Of a DNA stretch of 61,617 nt, positions 29,684-38,364 are shown in pieces (positions within the stretch are counted from its first letter, which is position 1; every line of letters begins with the position of its first letter). This stretch comes from Bacillota bacterium (GTDB lineage Bacteria > Bacillota > Limnochordia > Limnochordales > ZCTH02-B6), in assembly GCA_017578085.2 (NCBI GenBank), contig PKQR02000003.1, positions 1 to 61,617 of the forward strand. The letters are read 5' to 3'. Under the pieces are notes generated by a model. The model ran no database searches and was not told where the DNA came from. It saw nothing but the letters and a program-made list of their open reading frames with translations. A program made the translations under genes and the position numbers.

Positions 29684-30373
29684 TTGGAGAAGCAGCTGGT
29701 AATCGCCATCGACGGGCCGGCGGGTGCGGGCAAGAGCACCGTCGCCCGCAAGGTGGCGGAGGCTTTAGGCTATCTTTATATCGACACAGGCGCCATGTAC
29801 CGCGCACTGACCTTGGCGGTGCTGCGGGCGGGGGTGCCGGTGGAAGACGCGGCAGCGGTGACGTCCGTCGTGGAGCGCTGCCGGGTCGACCTTCAGCCAG
29901 GACCCAACGGAAACCGGGTGTTTCTCAACGGCGAGGAGGTGACGGACGAGATCCGCACCCTCGCCGTTTCCAATGCGGTTTCCCAGGTGGCGGCCATCCC
30001 CGAGGTGCGCCAGCACCTGGTCACGCAGCAGCGGCGGCTGGCGGGCGCGGGAGGCGTCGTGATGGACGGGCGCGACATCGGCACCGTCGTTCTTCCCAAC
30101 GCGGATCTCAAGATTTTCCTCACCGCCTCACTGGATGAGCGTGCCCGGCGTCGTTACCTCGAAACGCGGGCCCTCGGACACGATTCGGACCTGGAAGAGA
30201 TTCGCAGGAACCTGGAGGAGCGGGACCGGCTCGACTCGGGCCGCGCGGTGTCCCCCTTGCGTATCGCCGAGGATGCGGTGGTCATCGATACCACCGATTG
30301 GACGGTGGAGCAGGTGGTCACCCACGTGCTGCGCCTGTGCCGAAGGAGGCTAAAGGAGTGCTGTACCGAGTAG
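29684..30373 (+). CDS. cmk: Cytidylate kinase
   Basis: IAIDGPAGAGKST, YIDTGAMYR and DGRDIGT motifs; TTG start. Confidence 0.96.
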   Translation: MEKQLVIAIDGPAGAGKSTVARKVAEALGYLYIDTGAMYRALTLAVLRAGVPVEDAAAVTSVVERCRVDLQPGPNGNRVFLNGEEVTDEIRTLAVSNAVSQVAAIPEVRQHLVTQQRRLAGAGGVVMDGRDIGTVVLPNADLKIFLTASLDERARRRYLETRALGHDSDLEEIRRNLEERDRLDSGRAVSPLRIAEDAVVIDTTDWTVEQVVTHVLRLCRRRLKECCTE

Positions 30374-31011
30374 CCAAGTCCGTGCTGCGGCCTCTATTCG
30401 GCTGGTACTTCCACTGGCGGCTGGAAGGGTTCCACCACCTGCCCAGGACGGGCCCGGCCATCGTCGCCGCCAACCATGTCAACTACCTAGACCCTCTCGT
30501 CATCGGGTCGGCGCTTCCCCGTACCGTCCACTTCATGGCCAAGCACGAGCTGTTTGAAAACCGCATCTTGGCCTGGATCTTGCCCCGGGTGCACGCGTTC
30601 CCGGTGAGGCGCGGGCAGCCGGACCGGCAGGCCATCCGGTGGGCCCTGGACATCTTGGCCGCAGGGGAAGTGCTAGGAATCTATCCGGAAGGGACCCGCA
30701 GCGAAACCGGGGAGCTCAAGGATATCCACAGCGGTGCGGCCCTCATCGCGCTCAAATCGGGGGCCCCTGTAGTGCCATTGGCCGTCATCGGGCTTGAGAA
30801 AGCCCTGGACGCCGGCGCCCGGCGCTGGCCCCGCCGTACGCCGGTGACGATCCGGATGGGCCCCCCCATCAGCTTCCCGCCGGTGGACCGCGTCGACCGG
30901 ACCACGCTGCGCGGCGCGAGCCAGGAGATTCACCGGGCCATTGCGGCGCTGCTGCCGGCAGCCTACCGCGGGAGCTGGGCCAGGGCGGCGGCTGCGGGAG
31001 GGGAGCTTTGA
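30358..31011 (+). CDS. plsC: 1-acyl-sn-glycerol-3-phosphate acyltransferase
   Basis: NHVNYLD (HX4D) and YPEGTRS motifs; SD AGGAGG. Confidence 0.92.
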   Translation: MLYRVAKSVLRPLFGWYFHWRLEGFHHLPRTGPAIVAANHVNYLDPLVIGSALPRTVHFMAKHELFENRILAWILPRVHAFPVRRGQPDRQAIRWALDILAAGEVLGIYPEGTRSETGELKDIHSGAALIALKSGAPVVPLAVIGLEKALDAGARRWPRRTPVTIRMGPPISFPPVDRVDRTTLRGASQEIHRAIAALLPAAYRGSWARAAAAGGEL

Positions 31012-31099
31012 TAACGGTTCCGCTGCCCGGAAAGGCTACGCAGCGGGAGGGAAAGAGGTCTAAAAAGAGAGCAACGCCAGGAAACAAGGCTAATTTTCA

Positions 31100-31129
31100 G
31101 CAGGGATTTTGTTCTTAGGACCGAAGTAG
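31100..31129 (+). promoter_or_regulatory. Sigma-H-like promoter upstream of rpsA
   Basis: GCAGGGA-N16-GAAGTAG. Confidence 0.45.
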
Positions 31130-31181
31130 TCAGGGGTTCTACCCTTTCTTGTTGATGGTGGATCAGGGGGATGGAAAGCGT

Positions 31182-32438
31182 ATGACCGACTTCCCGGAAG
31201 ACAAGCGTCATGAGCAGCCCACGAAGGCCCCGGACAACGGCCAGGCGGCGCCCGAAACCGATGCCGTCAAGCAGTACGATGAGACGCTGAAGCCTCTTTC
31301 TCCGGGCGATATCGTTGAGGGCCGGGTTGTCCATGTCGGCAGCGACGAAGTGCTGGTGGACGTGGGCTATAAGACGGAAGGGCGGATTCCCGCCAGCGAA
31401 CTGGGCCTGCGCCCCGGGCAGACGCCGGCTGATGTCCTGCGGGTCGATGACAACATCGCCGTCCAGGTCCTCCGGATTGACGAAGGGGAGGGCACCGTTG
31501 TGCTCTCCAAGCGCCGCGCCGACGAGCGCCAGGCCTGGGAACAGCTCACGGCCAAGTTTGAGGCCGGCGAGCCCGTGGAGGCCGAGGTGACCGCCCGGGT
31601 CAAGGGCGGGTTGCTGGTGGATCTCGGCGTGCGCGGCTTCGTGCCGGCTTCCCACGTGGACCGCACCTTCGTTGACAACCTGGAGCAGTACGTCGGCCAA
31701 CGGCTGCGTTTCCGCATCTTGGAGCTGGACCGGCAGAAGCGCAACGTGGTGCTGTCCAGGAAAGAGCTGCTGGAGGAGGAACTGGCCCGCGCCAAGGAGA
31801 GAGCCTTCTCCCAGCTCCAGGAAGGGCAGGTGGTGAGCGGCATCGTGCGCCGGCTCACGGACTTCGGCGCGTTTGTGGATATCGGCGGCGGGGTCGAAGG
31901 GCTGCTGCACGTGTCCGAGATGGCGTGGAGCCGGGTGCGCCATCCCCAGGATGTCCTCCATGAAGGGCAGGAGATCAAGGTCAAAATCCTGGGCATCGAC
32001 CGGGAGCGGGAACGCATCTCCCTGAGCCTCAAGGAGACGCTGCCGGATCCTTGGAGCACGGTGGCGGACCGGTACGCCGTGGGCCAGATCGTCGAAGGCG
32101 AGGTCACCCGCATCGTCGACTTCGGCGCCTTTGTGAAGCTCGAAGACGGCATCGAAGGGCTCGTGCACATTTCACAGCTGGCCGACCGGCGAGTGGAGAA
32201 TCCGTCGGAGGTTGTCCAGCCGGGTCAGCGGGTGAAGGCAAAAATCGTCAATCTCGATCCCTCGGCGCGGCGCATCGGCCTCAGCATCCGCGCCGCCCAG
32301 CCCAAGGAGACCAAGCCGAAGGAGGAAGAGGCGCCGGTCTCCTACTCGGATCCCGGGCCGGAGGGCGTCACCATCGGCGACGTGGTGGGAGGCTTGGGCG
32401 AGCTCCTGGAGCGCACCGGGCGCGAAGCCGGCGCATAG
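31182..32438 (+). CDS. rpsA: 30S ribosomal protein S1 (four S1 domains)
   Basis: Four S1 repeats including DFGAFV and EGL(L/V)H(V/I)S; standalone, not fused to IspH. Confidence 0.95.
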   Translation: MTDFPEDKRHEQPTKAPDNGQAAPETDAVKQYDETLKPLSPGDIVEGRVVHVGSDEVLVDVGYKTEGRIPASELGLRPGQTPADVLRVDDNIAVQVLRIDEGEGTVVLSKRRADERQAWEQLTAKFEAGEPVEAEVTARVKGGLLVDLGVRGFVPASHVDRTFVDNLEQYVGQRLRFRILELDRQKRNVVLSRKELLEEELARAKERAFSQLQEGQVVSGIVRRLTDFGAFVDIGGGVEGLLHVSEMAWSRVRHPQDVLHEGQEIKVKILGIDRERERISLSLKETLPDPWSTVADRYAVGQIVEGEVTRIVDFGAFVKLEDGIEGLVHISQLADRRVENPSEVVQPGQRVKAKIVNLDPSARRIGLSIRAAQPKETKPKEEEAPVSYSDPGPEGVTIGDVVGGLGELLERTGREAGA

Positions 32439-32483
32439 CGCCAGCGCTGTGGCGGCAAAAGGACGCGTAAAAGGACGCGAATG

Positions 32484-32515
32484 AAAGGCCCGCTGTCTTA
32501 GGCAGCGGGCCTTTT
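32484..32515 (+). terminator. Intrinsic terminator after rpsA
   Basis: aaaggcccgctg / cagcgggcctttt stem-loop. Confidence 0.8.
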
Positions 32516-32522
32516 CGCGCAC

Positions 32523-32552
32523 GTATTGCCCGGGAGAGGCAGGGGCACGCTA
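32523..32552 (+). promoter_or_regulatory. Sigma-F/G-like promoter for the DUF1614-spoIIP cluster
   Basis: GTATT-N15-GGGCACGCTA directly after the terminator. Confidence 0.45.
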
Positions 32553-32575
32553 GCCGCCGGAAGGAGTGAGCGGCC

Positions 32576-33316
32576 GTGCCCTTAGGCTTGATCGTCCTCC
32601 TGGTGCTGGCGGCCCTGGTCTTTTTCGGGGCGGCCCAGCGGGTGCTGGACCGGATGCGCCTCACCGACGCCCAGGCGTTGGTCATCCTCGGCCTGATCAT
32701 CGCCGGGAGCTTCTTTGACATCCCGTTGAGCCGCGGCCGGACGGCCGTCACCGTCAACGTGGGCGGGGTCATCGTGCCGGCGGCGGTGGCCATTTACCTC
32801 TTGGCCCGGGCCGGTACCGCGTGGGAGCGCCTGCGGGCGGTGCTGGCGAGCGTGCTGACGGCACTGGCCGTCTGGGGCATGGCCCAGCTGACGGATTTCG
32901 GCCCCCACGGGGGGCGCACTCCCGTCCTGGACCCGCTATGGATGTTTGCCCTGGTGGGCGGCGTCATCGCCTACCTATTTGGCCGTTCCCGGCGGGCCGC
33001 GTTTGTGGCCGGCACCCTGGGGCTCATCCTCTACCAGCTGATTGAGTGGGCCGTGAACACGCCGGCGCCCGGGCGGGCGGACACGCTCGCCCTGGGCGGC
33101 GGAGGTTTTTTCGACGCGGTCGTGCTGGCCGGCGTCGTGTCCGTGGGGCTGGCGGAGCTCATCGGTGAAACCCGTGAGCGTCTCCAGGGCGGCCCGGCCT
33201 CAGACCGGCCTGCGCCCCTGCGGGAGGCCCTCGCCGGCGCGCCGGCCGGCGGCCCGGATGGCGAAGGCTCCGGCAGCGGGGCGGAGGAGGAGCCGGGAGG
33301 TGAGGGACGTGGCTAA
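32576..33316 (+). CDS. DUF1614-like multi-pass membrane protein
   Basis: QRVLDRMRLTD, NVGGVIVP, GRSRRAAF, GGGGFFDAVV and GETRERLQGG motifs. Confidence 0.78.
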   Translation: MPLGLIVLLVLAALVFFGAAQRVLDRMRLTDAQALVILGLIIAGSFFDIPLSRGRTAVTVNVGGVIVPAAVAIYLLARAGTAWERLRAVLASVLTALAVWGMAQLTDFGPHGGRTPVLDPLWMFALVGGVIAYLFGRSRRAAFVAGTLGLILYQLIEWAVNTPAPGRADTLALGGGGFFDAVVLAGVVSVGLAELIGETRERLQGGPASDRPAPLREALAGAPAGGPDGEGSGSGAEEEPGGEGRG

Positions 33317-34502
33317 GCTGTCCGCCTTAGGGCGCATGGCCCTGTGGGCGTGGTTCGCGGTCCTCGCGTGGGCACCGCCGGTTTCGGGACAGGAAATCGA
33401 TTGGGAACAGGTCTTCAACGACGGGGTCGGGCACAGCAGTGCCGACGGGTACTACACCTGGCGGGACGAAGCGGGCAACGTCATCACTTACACGGCCCTC
33501 GCGCCCGTTGTGGGCGACACCTACATCACCGAGGACAACCGCCTGTACGAAGTCGTCGAAGTGGGCGAAGACCGCACGGTCCGGGCGGAATTCCGGGAAG
33601 AGGTCGAGCTGCCCCGGATCGTGGCGGGGCCTGTCGAGCCCCGGGTTTCGCGGCTTGGCCGCTGGTTGGCCGCAGCCGCCGAGCTGGTCCAGGCCCGGGG
33701 CAGGTCGGGCGACCCAGGGCCCATTGGCATTTATCACAGCCACAACGCCGAATCCTACGTGCCCACCTCGGGGACCGAGTTTGAGGAGCCCCGCGGCGAC
33801 ATCCTGGAAGTGGGCCGGGCCCTCCAGGAGTCCTTGGAGGAGCAGGGGTACCGGGTAATCTGGTCGGATCGCAGCCACCTGCCCCACGACGGCGGGGCAT
33901 ACCAGCGCTCCCGGGCGACGGTGCGGGAGCTGTTGGAGCAGGGAGCCGTCGCCCTTATTGACGTCCACCGGGACGCCATTCCGGCCGAGCAGTACCGGGA
34001 GGTGGTCGCCGGCGAGCAGCTGACCAAGGTGCGCCTGGTGGTGGGCCGGCAAAACCCCAACCGGGAGGCCAACCTGGAACTGGCCAAACGCATCAAGGCG
34101 GTGGCCGACGAGCGCTATCCCGGCCTGATCAAAGGGATCTTCAACGCCCGGGGCAACTACAACCAGGACGTGGGACCACGGGCCATCCTGATGGAGTTCG
34201 GCACCCACGAAACCAGCTTGCAAGAGGCCATACGGGCCGCCAGCCTGATGGCGGAAGTGTACCCCGCGGCCGCCGGCTTGGCACCGGGCACGGCTGAACA
34301 GGCCGAGCGCCAGATCGGGGGAGCGGGGTGGCGCAGCGCGCTCTGGGTGCTGCTCATCGCCTTTGGGGCGGTTTTCGGGTATCTGTGGATCAACGAGGGC
34401 AGCCCCCAGGCGGCGTGGATGCGGATACGGGACTTCCTGCGCAGGGAGGCCGGGCGCCTAGGTCCCGACTCCCGCTCCGGCGGGGAGGACGGCGGACAGT
34501 AG
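33309..34502 (+). CDS. spoIIP: Stage II sporulation protein P (peptidoglycan hydrolase)
   Basis: YHSHNAESY, AYQRSR, IDVHRDA, YNQD and LMEFG motifs. Confidence 0.88.
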   Translation: MAKLSALGRMALWAWFAVLAWAPPVSGQEIDWEQVFNDGVGHSSADGYYTWRDEAGNVITYTALAPVVGDTYITEDNRLYEVVEVGEDRTVRAEFREEVELPRIVAGPVEPRVSRLGRWLAAAAELVQARGRSGDPGPIGIYHSHNAESYVPTSGTEFEEPRGDILEVGRALQESLEEQGYRVIWSDRSHLPHDGGAYQRSRATVRELLEQGAVALIDVHRDAIPAEQYREVVAGEQLTKVRLVVGRQNPNREANLELAKRIKAVADERYPGLIKGIFNARGNYNQDVGPRAILMEFGTHETSLQEAIRAASLMAEVYPAAAGLAPGTAEQAERQIGGAGWRSALWVLLIAFGAVFGYLWINEGSPQAAWMRIRDFLRREAGRLGPDSRSGGEDGGQ

Positions 34503-34523
34503 GCTCGATGGGAGGGGGCGCTT

Positions 34524-35456
34524 GTGGAGATGGTGCCACCGGTAGCCGCGGGCGTGGCGGCAGGCACCCTCGCACGGCTGGTGCTCCTGCGCCGCGACTA
34601 CCGGCAATTTCCCAGCTACCCGCAGGGCTATACGATTCATTTGTCCCTGGGTTTCATCGCTGCGGCCCTGGGCGCCATCGCCCCGCCGGCCATCGCCACG
34701 GGCGACTTGGCCGCGGCTTCCTTTCTGGCGCTGGCGGCGACCCAGTTCCGTGAGGTGCGGGCGGTGGAGCGGGAGTCCCTGGTCAACATGGAAGCGACGG
34801 AGCTCGTCCCCAGGGGCGCCGCCTACATCGAGGGCATCGCCCGGGTGTTTGAGGCCCGCAACTATCTGACCATGGTGACGGCCCTGGCCGCCAGCCTCGC
34901 CGGCGTCATCGCCGTCCCGTGGGGCCCGTGGTGGTCCTTGGGAGTCGCCTTGGCCGCAGGCCTCGTTGCGGTGGCGCTCGTGCGAGGTCTCATGTCGGGC
35001 CAGCGCATTGGCGACATCGCCGTCGTTAAGCCTGTGCCGCTGGAGTTCGACGGGCCCCTGTTGACGGTGGCCGGCGTGCAGATCATGAACGTCGGCCTGC
35101 CCGCCTCGCGCGAGCGCTATCTCAATGAGGGCCTGGCAGTGGTCATCAGACCCAAGGACGCGAACGCCCGCGCCACCTTGTCCAACGTGGGCCAGCGCCA
35201 GGCCATTGCCCACGAGGTGGCCATGTTGCTGGGGATCAAGATGGACGTGGACGAGCCTGAGTTTACGCCTATCGCCCGCCAGAACCCGGCCACGGGCGAG
35301 GTCGTGATGGCCATCGTCCCGCTCTTGCGGGACGAGCGGGCGCTGGTGCAGGCGGTCGAGTATGTGCCGGTTCTTGAGGGCACCGTGCGCAAACCGGTCG
35401 CGTCCGGACTGTGGCCGCCGGATCTGGCCAAGCTTGAGGGAGTGCGGGAGGCGTGA
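34524..35456 (+). CDS. YIEGIA family membrane protein
   Basis: Literal YIEGIARVFEARNY, plus DYRQFPSYPQG and QFREVR. Confidence 0.92.
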   Translation: MEMVPPVAAGVAAGTLARLVLLRRDYRQFPSYPQGYTIHLSLGFIAAALGAIAPPAIATGDLAAASFLALAATQFREVRAVERESLVNMEATELVPRGAAYIEGIARVFEARNYLTMVTALAASLAGVIAVPWGPWWSLGVALAAGLVAVALVRGLMSGQRIGDIAVVKPVPLEFDGPLLTVAGVQIMNVGLPASRERYLNEGLAVVIRPKDANARATLSNVGQRQAIAHEVAMLLGIKMDVDEPEFTPIARQNPATGEVVMAIVPLLRDERALVQAVEYVPVLEGTVRKPVASGLWPPDLAKLEGVREA

Positions 35457-35644
35457 GCCGGGGCGAGAGCCGCATCGTGGCCGTGGTCACGTTACGCCAG
35501 GACGTCCGCGCCGGGGGTGTGCCCGTGTTTCCTGCCGCGGACGAAGCCGAAAGGGATCAGATGGCGCGCCTGTTGGCCAAGCTCCTGCGGGGAACCATCC
35601 ACGACCTGCGCAATGGATCCTACGTCATCGTCCGTCATCATTGA
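35453..35644 (+). CDS. Small YIEGIA-associated (capping subunit-like) protein
   Basis: 63 aa; IVAVVT...GGVPVF...HDLRNG; overlaps the YIEGIA stop (GTGA). Confidence 0.78.
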   Translation: MSRGESRIVAVVTLRQDVRAGGVPVFPAADEAERDQMARLLAKLLRGTIHDLRNGSYVIVRHH

Positions 35645-36200
35645 AACCGAGCCGGTACGGGTCATCTATACTTGTTACGGCGGCACCCACTCTTCACCAG
35701 TCGCAGCCGCGATTCACCTGGGCCGGCTGCCCCGGGACAGGGTCCCCGCCCGGGAAGAGCTCTTGTCGATTCCTGGTTTTGACCGGGCGACAGGCGACGG
35801 CCGCGGGCGCCTGAGCCCCGTAGGCACCGACCGGTGGGGCAACTTCGTGTACGTCCTCCCGCGGGGTTCCATCCCCCTGCCGGCCGTGCGCCGCCTTATC
35901 GCGGGAACGCTGGCCATGTGCGGCCGCGCCGACATGCCGCTTGTGATCGTGGATGCGCTCGTTTGCCTGAACTGGCCGATGCGGGTCGGGGGCTTCCTTA
36001 GCCGGCGGCTTGGCCTCGTCTTTGTCGGGCGGCCCCTGGTCACTTGGGGCACGCAGCGGGCATACCGGTGCCTGGTAGCCCTGGTAGAACGGGTGGAAGC
36101 CGCCCTGCTTCGGCAAGCGCCCGGGGCTTTTGGCGGCACGGACGGCGGGGAAACGGAGAGGGAAGCCACGCAGCGTTTGACTTGGCACGACCGGGGGTGA
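35613..36200 (+). CDS. DUF3189 family protein
   Basis: IYTCYGGTHSSPVAAAIHLG and GGFLSRRLGL..GRPL motifs; start uncertain (ATG 35613 or ATT 35640). Confidence 0.8.
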   Translation: MDPTSSSVIIETEPVRVIYTCYGGTHSSPVAAAIHLGRLPRDRVPAREELLSIPGFDRATGDGRGRLSPVGTDRWGNFVYVLPRGSIPLPAVRRLIAGTLAMCGRADMPLVIVDALVCLNWPMRVGGFLSRRLGLVFVGRPLVTWGTQRAYRCLVALVERVEAALLRQAPGAFGGTDGGETEREATQRLTWHDRG

Positions 36201-36206
36201 TATAAA
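36177..36206 (+). promoter_or_regulatory. Sigma-A promoter for der
   Basis: TTGACT-N18-TATAAA with extended TG. Confidence 0.6.
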
Positions 36207-36235
36207 GGTTTAAGGGTGCAGGGAAGGAGTTTCTG

Positions 36236-37567
36236 GTGAAGCAGCTTCCTGTTGTCGCGATCGTCGGTCGCCCAAATGTGGGAAAATCAGCCCTATTCAA
36301 CCGGCTAGTCGGCGGGCGCGTCGCCATCGTGGAGGATGAGCCGGGCGTCACCCGGGACCGCCTCTACGGCGAGTGCCGCTGGCGCGGCCGCGTTTTCACC
36401 GTTGTGGACACGGGCGGCATCGATCCGCAGGCCACCGAAGACTTGGCCGTGCAAAGCCGCCGGCACGCCGAGCTGGCCGTGCAGGAGGCCGACGTGGTCA
36501 TCCTGGTGGTCGACGGCCAGGCGGGCGTCCACCCCCTCGATCGGGAAGTCGCCCAGCTCTTGCGCCACTACGGGAAACCGGTCCTGGTAGCGGTCAACAA
36601 GATCGATGACCCGTCATCGCCCCAGGCGGCCGCCGCGTATGAGTTCTTCGCGCTCGGCCTGGGGGACCCCGTCCCGGTTTCCGCTCTCCACGGCCGCAAC
36701 ACGGGGGAACTGTTGGATCGGCTGCTGCCACTGCTGCCCGAAGCGGTGGCACCGGAGGAAGGCCTTGAGCCGATCCGCGTCGCGATCGTCGGCCGGCCCA
36801 ACGTGGGCAAGTCTTCGCTGGTCAATCGCTTGGTGGGGCAGGAGCGTTCCATCGTAAGCCCGATACCCGGCACGACCCGCGACGTGGTGGACATCCGGAT
36901 TGAGAGGGACGGTACGCCCTTTATCCTCCTGGACACGGCCGGCATGCGCCGGCGATCCCGGGTGGACAGCCCGGTGGAGCGCTTCAGCGTCCTGCGGGCC
37001 ATGCGGGCCATCGAGCGCTGCGACGTGGCCGTCGTGGTGCTGGACGCGTCGGAAGAGCTGTCCGAACAGGACAGGCGCATCGTCGGCCTGGTTCACGAAG
37101 CGGGCAAGGGCTTGGTGCTGGTGGCCAACAAGTGGGACCTGGTGGAAAAGACAGCCCACACTATGCATATTTATGAAGAGCGGTACCGGCGGGAGCTCTC
37201 CTTTGCAGACTACGCGCCCATCGTCTTTGTCTCAGCCCTGACGGGACGCCGCGTGAATGAGGTGCTCAGTTTGGTGGAAACGGTCGCGAACAACGCCGCC
37301 CTGCGGGTGCGCACCGGGCAGCTCAACGAGGTGCTGCAGGAAGCCGTGGCCTTGCGCCCGCCGCCGGCGGACAAGGGTGTGCAGCCTAAGGTATACTACG
37401 GCGTACAAACCGGGGTGAAGCCGCCCCAGTTCGTCCTGTTCTGCAGCCACGCGGAACAGCTGCATTTCTCGTACTTGCGCTACCTGGAAAATCGGCTGCG
37501 GGAAGCCTTCGGGTTCGTGGGAACGCCGATCCGGCTTCACCTGCGGGAACGGCGGCGGCGCCCATGA
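36236..37567 (+). CDS. der: Ribosome biogenesis GTPase Der (EngA)
   Basis: Two GRPNVGKS G-domains; DTGG/DTAG and NKID/NKWD motifs. Confidence 0.98.
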   Translation: MKQLPVVAIVGRPNVGKSALFNRLVGGRVAIVEDEPGVTRDRLYGECRWRGRVFTVVDTGGIDPQATEDLAVQSRRHAELAVQEADVVILVVDGQAGVHPLDREVAQLLRHYGKPVLVAVNKIDDPSSPQAAAAYEFFALGLGDPVPVSALHGRNTGELLDRLLPLLPEAVAPEEGLEPIRVAIVGRPNVGKSSLVNRLVGQERSIVSPIPGTTRDVVDIRIERDGTPFILLDTAGMRRRSRVDSPVERFSVLRAMRAIERCDVAVVVLDASEELSEQDRRIVGLVHEAGKGLVLVANKWDLVEKTAHTMHIYEERYRRELSFADYAPIVFVSALTGRRVNEVLSLVETVANNAALRVRTGQLNEVLQEAVALRPPPADKGVQPKVYYGVQTGVKPPQFVLFCSHAEQLHFSYLRYLENRLREAFGFVGTPIRLHLRERRRRP

Positions 37568-38214
37568 TCAGCGGGGATACCTTGACTCAACCGGCTTTCC
37601 TACCCCTGTACTGGACCGCCTGCTACCTCCTGGGGGCGGTGCCCTTCGGCTTCCTGGCCGGGCGGGTCTTCGCCGGGATCGACATCCGGGCTGTCGGCAG
37701 CGGCAACATCGGGGCCACCAACGTGCTGCGCACCCTGGGCCCCTTGCCTGCGGTTTTGGTGCTGGTGCTGGACGCGGCCAAAGGCTGGCTTGCCGTGGCT
37801 GGCGCCCAGTGGTTGGGCTTTGGCGATTGGGGCACCGCCGGTGCGGCCTTGGCGGCCGCCGCGGGTCACAACTGGCCGGTCTTCCTGGCGTTCCGGGGCG
37901 GGCGCGGGATCGCCACCGCCCTCGGTGTGCTGATCGCCATGGCCCCGCAGGTGGCCGGTATCCTGGTGGGCGTGTTTGTGGCGGTCGTGGCGCTGACGCG
38001 CTATGTGTCCCTGGGGTCCATCATCGCCGCGGTGCTCGTGCCCGTGCTGCTGGCACTCGGGAACCGGCCGCTGCCGCACGTGGTCGCCGGGATCACGTTG
38101 GCCGTCTGGGCCGTCTGGCGCCATCGGCCCAACATCGCGCGGCTTTTGGCGGGCACCGAGCACCGCTTCGGCCAGCGGGTCGACCCCCACAAGCCCGCCG
38201 CGCCGCCCCGCTGA
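37564..38214 (+). CDS. plsY: Glycerol-3-phosphate acyltransferase PlsY
   Basis: GSGNIGATNVLR, GHNWP, FRGGRGIAT and RHRPNIARL motifs. Confidence 0.95.
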   Translation: MISGDTLTQPAFLPLYWTACYLLGAVPFGFLAGRVFAGIDIRAVGSGNIGATNVLRTLGPLPAVLVLVLDAAKGWLAVAGAQWLGFGDWGTAGAALAAAAGHNWPVFLAFRGGRGIATALGVLIAMAPQVAGILVGVFVAVVALTRYVSLGSIIAAVLVPVLLALGNRPLPHVVAGITLAVWAVWRHRPNIARLLAGTEHRFGQRVDPHKPAAPPR

Positions 38215-38364
38215 ACGGTTACGGGCGGCGTTTACAAGCGGCACTGGTCGCCTTTTGGACTTTTGAAAGGGGCGCTTTCCCGGCGGTGATATTCCCTCCC
38301 GAGCGCGAATAAGAGTTGTACTGGCCGGCGCGGCAGTTGCGCCAGCGTGAGGGAGGGACACCGC

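Noticed and set aside
32457-32479. aaaaggacgcg tandem repeat after rpsA as CRISPR or REP element
   Set aside because: Only two adjacent 11-bp copies, no spacers and no cas genes; likely a local duplication
38286-38316. Sigma-E promoter for spoIVA (gatatt...aataagagt)
   Set aside because: Biologically expected, but the -10 match is off consensus, so it is not called
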